From: an uncultured archaeon
GTDB lineage: Archaea > Micrarchaeota > Micrarchaeia > Micrarchaeales > CABMGC01
Assembly (NCBI GenBank): GCA_963704435.1
Contig: OY969902.1
Location: forward strand, 270,001-302,000
Reading direction: 5' to 3'
Length of the DNA stretch: 32,000 nt
In this document: positions 24,874-32,000 of the stretch, in pieces
Numbering within the stretch: position 1 is the first letter of the stretch
Layout: every line of letters starts with the position of its first letter
Position numbers and translations under genes: made by a program
Notes under the pieces: generated by a model
The model's database searches: none
Told to the model about the DNA's origin: nothing
What the model saw: the letters and a program-made list of their open reading frames with translations, nothing else

Positions 24874-25347
24874 ATGATCGAAAATTTTAAAATTGGAAAT
24901 AGTGTAGTACCGCAGCAGGACGGAATAGTACTTTTGGCTGGAACGGTCCCAACACTTATACAATCTTTCAATAATGCAGATGACATCGCACGCTTGAACG
25001 TGTTTAGGGAGAGCGGATGGCTAACAAATATCTCCTGTCAAAAGAAGGCAGGTTCCCTATCTATTTGCACGAACCTGTACAGGCTTGACTGTGGTAAAAC
25101 TCTAACCTTCGAGACTGTTTCCAAAGATCCAAAAATTGGTGAGGCTGTCGAGCAGTTTAGGGGATTGAAAAGAGAAGAAAAGCACCCACGTTTCTTCTTC
25201 ACCAATCACGACAGAGTGCCTGCATACGTCGTGATTATGTTGCTGAGAAACGAAATCAATGGCGATTTGCAGAAGGATGACAGGCAGATAATTCCGCCTT
25301 CCTCGAGTGTGGAAGGAAACGTATTCACTACAGCGAGCCCGCAATGA
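24874..25347 (+). CDS. Hypothetical protein
   Basis: 157 aa ORF with ATG; AT-rich leader upstream; no family recognised. Confidence 0.6.
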   Translation: MIENFKIGNSVVPQQDGIVLLAGTVPTLIQSFNNADDIARLNVFRESGWLTNISCQKKAGSLSICTNLYRLDCGKTLTFETVSKDPKIGEAVEQFRGLKREEKHPRFFFTNHDRVPAYVVIMLLRNEINGDLQKDDRQIIPPSSSVEGNVFTTASPQ

Positions 25348-25444
25348 ACTGGTTTTTCAATCAGTCAGCGTTCTCAAATTGCTACCTTACTAGACAGTTA
25401 TAAATCTTTATATCATAATTATAGTGTAATTTTGGTGTTTCAGC

Positions 25445-25993
25445 ATGAAGCTTAGACCGGGAAGGTGCGTAAGGAAGATAAACAGCCAGGCGTGGAGCCG
25501 CTACTCGCTCAAGAAGCCGAGGAAGAACTTCATCAAGGCGCTGCCTAGGACGAGCCTGCTCATATTCAACATGGGCGCGAGGGGCAAGGCCTTCGACCTC
25601 GTTTTCAACCTCAACGCGAAGAGCGACGTTCAGCTGAGGTCCAATGCCCTCGAGGCGGCGAGGCAGGCTGCGAACAAGTACCTCGAGCGCGAGATACCGA
25701 ACAACTACTCGATGCGCGTGGTCACGTACCCACACAACGTGATACGCGAGAAGAAGTTCGCGACCGGGGCCGGAGCCGACAGGATATCGCAGGGAATGAC
25801 CCTGTCGTTCGGCAGGCCGTCGTCAGTGGCGGCGAGGGTGCGCGCCGGGAAGACGGTCCTGGAGGTCAAGGCCAATGCCGATAACAGGGCGATTGCCAAG
25901 GAGGCGCTGAAGAGGGCGTCGTCGAAGCTTTCAGGCACGTTCAGCATAGTTACGGTCGAGTCCGAGAAGGAAGCTCCGGCAGTCGGCAAGTGA
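25445..25993 (+). CDS. rpl10e: Large ribosomal subunit protein L10e (uL16 family)
   Basis: MKLRPGRCVRKINSQAWSRYSLKKPRKNFIKALPRTSLLIFNMG...YSMRVVTYPHNVIREKKFATGAGADRISQGM. Confidence 0.95.
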   Translation: MKLRPGRCVRKINSQAWSRYSLKKPRKNFIKALPRTSLLIFNMGARGKAFDLVFNLNAKSDVQLRSNALEAARQAANKYLEREIPNNYSMRVVTYPHNVIREKKFATGAGADRISQGMTLSFGRPSSVAARVRAGKTVLEVKANADNRAIAKEALKRASSKLSGTFSIVTVESEKEAPAVGK

Positions 25994-26093
25994 CCGCCAG
26001 CCCGCGCTTTACCTGCGCCAGCCGTCTCATTTTTCCCAGTCTCACGCCAATCTTTATATACGTCAGAAGACAGATTCTTCAGTAAGCTATTGG

Positions 26094-27008
26094 GTGTTGC
26101 ATTTGCGGATACTCCTGCAGTTTCCAGAGGGCCTTAAGCCCAAAGCTCTCTCCTACGCCAGGGAGCGCGAGGCGAGCGGGGACGAGGTCATCATATCCGC
26201 ATCCCCCTGCTTCGGGGCCTGCGACCTTGCCATCGACGAGGCCAGGAGCGTGAGCGCGGACAAGCTGGTGCATTTCGGCCACGCCGAGTTCCAGAGCGCG
26301 GATTTCGACGTCGAGTATGTGGACTGCGCGTCCGACGCGCCGCTCGGGGTCCTGAAGGACTCGGTCGGGCCGCTCAGCGGCTTCGCCGCGATCTGCCTGA
26401 TGACCACGATACAGCACGTCCACCAGTTGCCTGAGATAGCGAGATTCTACGAGGCCGAAGGCAGGAAGGTGGTCCTGAACGCGCCGACCGGACGCACGAG
26501 AGTCCCCGGACAGGTTCTCGGCTGCGATGCAGGCAACGTCTCGGCGATTGACGGCAGCGTCGATGCATTCGTATATTTCGGCGGCGGGAACTTCCACCCC
26601 CTTGGCGCGCTTATGCAGACGACCAAGCCGTTCTTCGTTGTAGACCCCTTCCTGAACAGGGTCGAGCGCATAGACGGGCTCAGGGACGTTTACCACAAGA
26701 GGAGCAAAGGCAGGGTAGTCGCTTCGTTGGGTGCAAAGAACTTCGGTATACTGGTGAGCACCAAGAGCGGCCAGTTCAGAATGGACCTCGCAAGGTCGCT
26801 GAAAAAGCGGATAGAGGTCGCGGGGCTCTCTGCAGCAATACTGGTCTCGAATGCCTTTGATTTCGAATCCCTCGGGAACCTGTCTGAGGTCGATGCCTTC
26901 GTGAGCACGGCGTGCCCCCGGATCGCGACCGACGACGGGGAAAGGCTTAGGAAACCGCTGCTCAACCCGGACGAGCTGATCATCTCATTGGAAATGAGAG
27001 AGAAATAG
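26094..27008 (+). CDS. dph2: Diphthamide biosynthesis enzyme Dph2
   Basis: ILLQFPEGLKPKA, SPCFGACDLAIDEA, LVHFGHAEF, VYFGGGNFHPLGA, STACPRIATDD; GTG start. Confidence 0.93.
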   Translation: MLHLRILLQFPEGLKPKALSYAREREASGDEVIISASPCFGACDLAIDEARSVSADKLVHFGHAEFQSADFDVEYVDCASDAPLGVLKDSVGPLSGFAAICLMTTIQHVHQLPEIARFYEAEGRKVVLNAPTGRTRVPGQVLGCDAGNVSAIDGSVDAFVYFGGGNFHPLGALMQTTKPFFVVDPFLNRVERIDGLRDVYHKRSKGRVVASLGAKNFGILVSTKSGQFRMDLARSLKKRIEVAGLSAAILVSNAFDFESLGNLSEVDAFVSTACPRIATDDGERLRKPLLNPDELIISLEMREK

Positions 27009-27029
27009 AAAAAAAGGCAAAGGCAGCCT

Positions 27030-27650
27030 TCAGGTCGCCTTCACCGTCAGCGTCGCCACCTGCAAGTAGCTTGTGCATGCGGCTATGCCGTTGAAGGTCA
27101 CAGCATTCCCGCTAATATAATAGGCCGGTCCCGTCGAGCCGCTGCCATAACACGCCCAGATGGACCCTGCCAAGGTAGCCCCGACCGGATATGACGTAGC
27201 CGGCCATGCGCTGATTGCGCCTGGCTGTAGTACGTTGAAGCTCAACGTTACCTGCGCCCCATTGGGAAACGAGATGCCGTTGATGGACGCCGTCGAACTT
27301 AGGAAGGAGTTTATGGGTACCAGAGGTATGCCGTTTATGGTCGTCCATCCCTGCGGCACGAATACGAACTGATAGGCTCCCCAGTTCGTTCCGGTGTCCT
27401 GTCCGATCGTCGCAGTCACCAGTCCTGACGTGTGCGAAAGGGATACGCTGCTGCAGTAGAATCCGGACGCCGCGATGCACGACGTGCCCAGCAGCGCGCC
27501 GCCGCTGAAGACGCCTATGCTGAACAGCGCGCCGAGGACGACTGAGATAATGAGTATGGCCCACCCATAGGTCATCAGGTATTCCATTGCGCTCTGCGCT
27601 TTTAGGAGTCTTTGATTCATCAATACACCTTTCAACTGTTTCCAATTCAA
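27030..27650 (-). CDS. Class III signal-peptide (QxSAMEY) pilin-like protein
   Basis: LLKAQSAMEYLMTYGWAILIISVVLGALFSIGVF N-terminus. Confidence 0.9.
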   Translation of the reverse strand: MNWKQLKGVLMNQRLLKAQSAMEYLMTYGWAILIISVVLGALFSIGVFSGGALLGTSCIAASGFYCSSVSLSHTSGLVTATIGQDTGTNWGAYQFVFVPQGWTTINGIPLVPINSFLSSTASINGISFPNGAQVTLSFNVLQPGAISAWPATSYPVGATLAGSIWACYGSGSTGPAYYISGNAVTFNGIAACTSYLQVATLTVKAT

Positions 27651-27678
27651 TCTAAACCAATTTAAAGCTTTACTTTTT
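27643..27678. repeat. 36-nt promoter-region repeat, copy A
   Basis: CAATTCAATCTAAACCAATTTAAAGCTTTACTTTTT identical at 28388-28423. Confidence 0.9.
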
Positions 27679-27803
27679 CAAAAGTCAGGCCTCCGCGGCT
27701 GCTTTTATGCGCGGACTACAAAAAGGGCTTTAAGTCAACTGCTCTGCGAGTAAGCTATGCGCTAAGCCTGTGCAAAAAAAGAAAAAAAAGGCAAAGCCGG
27801 CCT

Positions 27804-28382
27804 TCAGGTCGACTTTACAGTTAATGTTGCTATCTGCATCCATCCTGACGGGGAGCCCGTGCATACTGCCCCGAAAGTCGCTCCCGTTGCAGACGCAGCC
27901 CCGTAGCACATCCATATGGAGCCTGCGGTCGTCGTACCTACAAGCGCGTTCGACGCACCCCACACAGAGCTGCCTCCTGGAGGCACAACTGCGAGGTTTG
28001 TGTAGGTCAACTGACCCCCGCTAGGCAACGAAGTGCCCACCTGCTGGCCTACTGCGGGCACTTTCGGTATTCCCGAAGTGTCAACGCTCCATCCCTGCGG
28101 CACGTAAGCGATTCCATAGGCCGGCCAGTTCGTGCCCGTGTTCTGCCCCACGGTCACCGTTATCTGCCCAGTGGTGTGCGAGAGTGACAGACCGCTGCAG
28201 TAGAATCCTGATGCTGCGATGCACGACGTGCCCAGCAGCGCGCCGCCGCTGAAGACGCCTATGCTGAACAGGGCCCCGAGGACCACTGAGATGATAAGTA
28301 TGGCCCATCCGTAGGTCATCAGGTATTCCATTGCGCTCTGCGCTTTGAGTCTCCTTTTATTCATCGCTACACCTTCCAACAT
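27804..28382 (-). CDS. Class III signal-peptide pilin-like protein, recent paralogue of 27030-27650
   Basis: RLKAQSAMEYLMTYGWAILIISVVLGALFSIGVFSGGALLGTSCIAASGFYC shared with the preceding gene. Confidence 0.9.
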   Translation of the reverse strand: MLEGVAMNKRRLKAQSAMEYLMTYGWAILIISVVLGALFSIGVFSGGALLGTSCIAASGFYCSGLSLSHTTGQITVTVGQNTGTNWPAYGIAYVPQGWSVDTSGIPKVPAVGQQVGTSLPSGGQLTYTNLAVVPPGGSSVWGASNALVGTTTAGSIWMCYGAASATGATFGAVCTGSPSGWMQIATLTVKST

Positions 28383-28387
28383 TCACT

Positions 28388-28423
28388 CAATTCAATCTAA
28401 ACCAATTTAAAGCTTTACTTTTT
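28388..28423. repeat. 36-nt promoter-region repeat, copy B
   Basis: Identical to 27643-27678; contains a TTTAAA-type TATA box on the minus strand. Confidence 0.9.
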
Positions 28424-29017
28424 GCCTTCAAAGGAAAGCAGCTCTCCTGCGGTGCTCTCTATCTGTATCCTCGCGGTGTCCTGCTTGCGCCTGAAATCAG
28501 GAACTATCGAGCTTGCGAACCTCATGGACCTAGTCGAGTCGTATATCTCCTTCATGAACTCGTAGTACTCGCCCGCGCGGTCGAGCTCCCTGTTGCGCAT
28601 CGCGTCTATCGCCTCCCTCTTCAGCTCCCCGACGAGGTCCATCATGCCGAGCAGGTATGCCACCTCGGACTCTCGCAGCTCCCCCTGGGACGGCAGCCTG
28701 CTCTCGCCCAACACGGTGTAGAACGCGCCCGCCTCGACGTACTCCTGGTGCGCCTGCAGCGAGTGGTACTCCAGCCCCTTCTCGATCTTCTTGAGCTGCG
28801 CCACCCTCGACCTGAGCTGCCTCATGAGCGCGGCCGCCTCCGCCTTCCTCTGCGCGTGCATCAGCGTTATCGCCTTCCCTGAGAGCCTGACTATCTCCCG
28901 GGACGCCGCCATGACGCTGTCCCTCCGCTCCTGCAGCCTCTCCAGGTGCTTCTCTATCTCGTCCATTCCGGCAAGCGTTGCCATAAGATCATCGTCAGGC
29001 CCGAGCTTCCGGGCCAT
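28415..29017 (-). CDS. Translin-family-like protein
   Basis: Helical protein: RRDSVMAASREIVRLSGKAITLMHAQRK...HQEYVEAGAFYTVL...VAYLLGMMDLVGELKREAIDAMRNRELDRAGEYYEFMKEIYDS. Confidence 0.75.
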   Translation of the reverse strand: MARKLGPDDDLMATLAGMDEIEKHLERLQERRDSVMAASREIVRLSGKAITLMHAQRKAEAAALMRQLRSRVAQLKKIEKGLEYHSLQAHQEYVEAGAFYTVLGESRLPSQGELRESEVAYLLGMMDLVGELKREAIDAMRNRELDRAGEYYEFMKEIYDSTRSMRFASSIVPDFRRKQDTARIQIESTAGELLSFEGKK

Positions 29018-29098
29018 CTAAGGATGCTCGCTTGGTGCTTTTCAACCTTTTCCTTCAGGAGGCGGAATCGAATGCGATCGGCATCCGCTGAGATTCAC

Positions 29099-29989
29099 TC
29101 AAGGAGGAGTGTACCCCGAAAGCCACGAGCCCGTGTAGATGACGTTGGTCGCTGCTCCGCCGTTGTTGTTTCCGCTGTAGTCAGTGGCGTTGCCGTTCAG
29201 CGGCCACCATCCTATAATGTGATACGGATCCACCGGAGCGGCGCCTATGCCCTTGATGTAGAGCGTCTGTATCTGATTGGCGTCGAGGGAGGTGTTGTAA
29301 ATCTGCAGATTCGCAAGGTCTCCTACGAATTTGTAATACGTAGGATAATTATATGCGAGCACGCCTATCAGCGCGCCGTAGGACGAAGGTACGCCTACCC
29401 CTCCAGAATACGCGATTTTGTTTTTAAGCGCACCATTCACGTATATGTAAAGGTACGATCCGTCATAGACGCCTGCCACCTGGTACCACGCGTTCATGCT
29501 TAGCGTGCCCCCCGATACGCTGTTGGAGGCCAGGTTCCATACTAGGAAGATAGGCACTCCGGTGTTGGACACATACAGATTGTAACCGTTGTAAGTGCCA
29601 CCGCTATCTCTCGAATTGGAGAACAGGTACTGGCTGTTGGGGCCTAGGCTCTGCGGATCCGCCCATATGGACACCGTCAAAGCGGTCGCAAGGTTGTTCA
29701 TCTGCAACGCATTGCTGCCCACATACACATAGCTCTGGCCGTTGAACTGCGCGACCTGCTGCGGCAGGACACCGCCGCACGTGCCCTCGAGGTTGGCCTC
29801 GCCCGACGACCGGAATATCTTGCAGTTCCCCGGAGGCGCGCGGGGGCCGATGTTCGACGATCCGAACGCGCCGACGCTGTAGAGCGCGCCGAGGATCACC
29901 GTGATTATGAGGATCGACCATCCGTAGGTCATCAGGTACTCCATCGCGGACTGCGACCTGATGCTCTTATGGAGTTCCGAATCCAGCAT
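29099..29989 (-). CDS. Class III signal-peptide protein with LamG/concanavalin-A-like domain
   Basis: IRSQSAMEYLMTYGWSILIITVILGALYSVG followed by ALTVSIWADPQ...YVNGALKNKIAYSGGVGVPSSYGALIGV...FVGDLANLQIYNTSLDANQIQTLY LamG pattern. Confidence 0.88.
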   Translation of the reverse strand: MLDSELHKSIRSQSAMEYLMTYGWSILIITVILGALYSVGAFGSSNIGPRAPPGNCKIFRSSGEANLEGTCGGVLPQQVAQFNGQSYVYVGSNALQMNNLATALTVSIWADPQSLGPNSQYLFSNSRDSGGTYNGYNLYVSNTGVPIFLVWNLASNSVSGGTLSMNAWYQVAGVYDGSYLYIYVNGALKNKIAYSGGVGVPSSYGALIGVLAYNYPTYYKFVGDLANLQIYNTSLDANQIQTLYIKGIGAAPVDPYHIIGWWPLNGNATDYSGNNNGGAATNVIYTGSWLSGYTPP

Positions 29990-30137
29990 GGGCTCATAGG
30001 ACTATCTGAAGGAAAGGATAAAACGGTATCGAAACGCGAACCCGCGGCTTTGTTCATCAAACCCATTCGGAGCAGCATCGGATTTTTCCGAGCGAATCGG
30101 TTAAATACATTGGTTTCCAAGCAATTGGCAGAGCTAC

Positions 30138-31256
30138 ATGGCAAAGGAATGGAGGGTTACGCCCTACGACGTCGAAGGCAATGTCGACTACGACATATTC
30201 GCGAAGGACTTCGGCATAAGCCTGATAGACAAGAAGCTCGAGGACAGGATCAGGAAGATCGCGGGCGGGACGCACCACCTGCTTAGGAGGCGGATCTTCT
30301 ACGCGCACAGGGACCTCGGCTGGCTGCTTGACGAGTACGAGAAGGGCAACAAGTTCTACCTGTACACAGGCATAGCGCCCAGCGGCTCCATGACCCTCGG
30401 CCACCTCATACCCTTCATGTTCACGCAGTGGCTGCAGGAGAAGTTCGGTGCGGAGGTCTACATCCAGATACCTGACGAGGAGAAGTTCCTGGCTAAGAAG
30501 GGGCTGAGCCTCGAAGAGGTGCACAAGCTGGCCTACGAGGACGCGCTGAACATAATGGCGCTGGGCTACGACCCGAAGAAGACCAGGATATTCTTCAACA
30601 CGGACTATGCGAAGACGCTGTACAAGCACGCCGTGCGCACCGCGAAGCACATAACCTTCTCTATGATAAAGGATGCGTTCGGGTTCACCAACGAGACGAA
30701 CGTGGGCTCGCTGTTCTACACGAGCATGCAGGCGGTGCCGGCATTCCTGAAATCAGTGGAGGAGGGCAAGAACGTCCCGTGCCTGATACCGCTCGCGATA
30801 GACCAGGACGTGCACTTCAGGGTAGCGCGCGACGTGCTCCCGAAGCTCGGCTACTACAAGCCCGCGATAGTGCACGCGAAGTTCCTGCCGGGCCTGGACG
30901 GCAGGCCGAAGATGTCGGCGAGCGACCCTAACAACACGATATACCTGGACGACGCTCCGGACGTCGTGAAGAAGAAGGTCTACCGCGCGATAACCGGCCA
31001 GCAGCCGACCGCCGAGCTGCAGCGCAAGCTCGGTGGGAACCCAGACAAGTGCGCGGTCTGCCAGTATTACCGCTTCCTGTTCGAGCCGGACGACAGGAAG
31101 CTCGAGAAGATATTCGAATCCGAGAGGAACGGCACCCTGCTCGCGGGCGAGCACAAGGCGGACCTCAACGACAGGATCAACAGGTTCCTAGTTGAGCACA
31201 GGAAGAAGAGGGAAAGGTTCAGGGAAAAATTGAAAACTTGCATCGTAAGCGATTGA
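30138..31256 (+). CDS. trpS: Tryptophanyl-tRNA synthetase
   Basis: YTGIAPSGSMTLGHLIPFMF class I signature, IDQDVHFRVARDVLPKLGYYKPAIVHAKFLPGLDGRPKMSAS (KMSAS). Confidence 0.95.
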   Translation: MAKEWRVTPYDVEGNVDYDIFAKDFGISLIDKKLEDRIRKIAGGTHHLLRRRIFYAHRDLGWLLDEYEKGNKFYLYTGIAPSGSMTLGHLIPFMFTQWLQEKFGAEVYIQIPDEEKFLAKKGLSLEEVHKLAYEDALNIMALGYDPKKTRIFFNTDYAKTLYKHAVRTAKHITFSMIKDAFGFTNETNVGSLFYTSMQAVPAFLKSVEEGKNVPCLIPLAIDQDVHFRVARDVLPKLGYYKPAIVHAKFLPGLDGRPKMSASDPNNTIYLDDAPDVVKKKVYRAITGQQPTAELQRKLGGNPDKCAVCQYYRFLFEPDDRKLEKIFESERNGTLLAGEHKADLNDRINRFLVEHRKKRERFREKLKTCIVSD

Positions 31257-31269
31257 TTCGGGACTTCCT

Positions 31270-31878
31270 ATGTCTAATTCGACCACCATCAAGACATATG
31301 ACCTTGCGGCGGAATGGTACGCCGAAAACCACTGGAACATGGGGAAACGGTTTGAAAGATATTACGGCGAAGTGCTTAAAATCCTGAAAAAAGGCTCCTT
31401 GATACTTGATGCGGGGTGCGGCCCTGGAAGGGATGTTTTGTATTTTCTCAATAAAGGGTACAGAGTAATCGGAGTGGATGCGTCTGAGGGCATGATCAGG
31501 GAAGCGAAAAAAAGAGCGCCTGAGGGGACCTTCCTGAAGATGGATATTGAAAAGCTCAGATTTGAAAAGAATACCTTTGATTGCGTGTGGGCTTGCGCAA
31601 GCGTATTGCATGTGCGCAAATCGGGAATCGCGAAAGTGCTCAAGGGATTCAAGAAAGTGCTAAAAAGAGAGGGCATCTTGTTTATTACCGTGAAGAAGGG
31701 AATTGGGGAGAAGATTAAAATCTATCCCAATGGAACGAAAAGATTCTTTGCATATTACGCTAAAGGGGAATTGGAAGGGCTCCTGAGAAATGCTGGATTC
31801 AGAAAAATCAGGGGTTATCTGGATAAGGATGAGAATGGGGATGTTTGGATAAATTATTTGGGTCGGAAGGAAAAGTGA
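31270..31878 (+). CDS. Class I SAM-dependent methyltransferase
   Basis: LDAGCGPGRDVLYFLNKGYRVIGVDASEGMI, FDCVWACASVLHV, GILFITVKKG. Confidence 0.9.
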   Translation: MSNSTTIKTYDLAAEWYAENHWNMGKRFERYYGEVLKILKKGSLILDAGCGPGRDVLYFLNKGYRVIGVDASEGMIREAKKRAPEGTFLKMDIEKLRFEKNTFDCVWACASVLHVRKSGIAKVLKGFKKVLKREGILFITVKKGIGEKIKIYPNGTKRFFAYYAKGELEGLLRNAGFRKIRGYLDKDENGDVWINYLGRKEK

Positions 31879-31891
31879 AGGAGATGTTTGT

Positions 31892-32000
31892 ATGCTCGTA
31901 ATCGGGATAGAAAGCACAGCCCACACGTTCGGGGTCGGCGTAGTCTCAGGAGGCCGCATGCTCGCTAACGAGAAGGCGATGTATGACGTAGGGAAGAGGG
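31892..32000 (+). CDS. kae1: Kae1/TsaD-family tRNA N6-threonylcarbamoyladenosine protein, 5' fragment (truncated by window)
   Basis: MLVIGIESTAHTFGVGVVSGGRMLANEKAMYDVGKR hand translation; GIESTAHTFGVG is the Kae1 N-terminal signature. Confidence 0.9.
   Translation, partial: MLVIGIESTAHTFGVGVVSGGRMLANEKAMYDVGKR

Noticed and set aside
26079-26696. 205-aa minus ORF opposite dph2
   Set aside because: Antisense to a clear Dph2; Arg/Ala-rich shadow translation.
29932-30286. 105-aa plus ORF at 29969-30286 and 70-aa minus ORF at 29932-30144 around the start of trpS
   Set aside because: Out of frame with and overlapping the TrpRS start; no support.
30057-30650. 197-aa minus-strand ORF opposite trpS (also 30753-31154)
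   Set aside because: Shadow ORF; the plus strand encodes a complete TrpRS.
1-32000. CRISPR array
   Set aside because: No regularly spaced repeat series was found; the repeats seen are pairs in promoters or duplicated genes.

Overview
The window looks like archaeal DNA, probably from a small-genome DPANN/Micrarchaeota-like lineage. Evidence: L10e, Dph2, the start of Kae1, NreA, class III signal-peptide pilins, frequent GTG/TTG starts and TATA-type AT boxes. The lineage is inference. (1) 1-7.4 kb is a defence island: a partial retropepsin-like aspartyl protease, a Vsr + C5-cytosine methyltransferase + GHKL/MORC-like ATPase module, an orphan RHH antitoxin-like gene, a DDE transposase, and an N4-cytosine methyltransferase tail-to-tail with a BglI-like restriction endonuclease. 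(2) 7.6-12.3 kb is mostly chromosomal: RGG-tailed DEAD-box helicase, two NUDIX proteins, tRNA-Pro(CGG), M24 peptidase, NreA. (3) 12.5-23.3 kb is an accessory island. Its core is a minus-strand operon (13.9-21.1 kb) encoding a VirB2-like mini-pilin, a VirB6/CedA-like polytopic protein, a 2TM + VirB4-N-terminal-like protein, two HerA/VirB4-type ATPases and four uncharacterised proteins. I recognise no relaxase. AbiE-like toxin-antitoxin pairs lie on both sides, with an AbrB/RelE pair on one side. This is the best candidate for an undescribed system, possibly a Ced-like DNA-transfer or import machine. (4) A decayed copy of the 5' end of a CYTH gene lies on the far side of the second AbiE pair from the intact gene. 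(5) 24-32 kb is chromosomal: Fe/Mn SOD, L10e, Dph2, three pilin-like genes (two recently duplicated), a translin-like gene, TrpRS, a methyltransferase and the start of Kae1.
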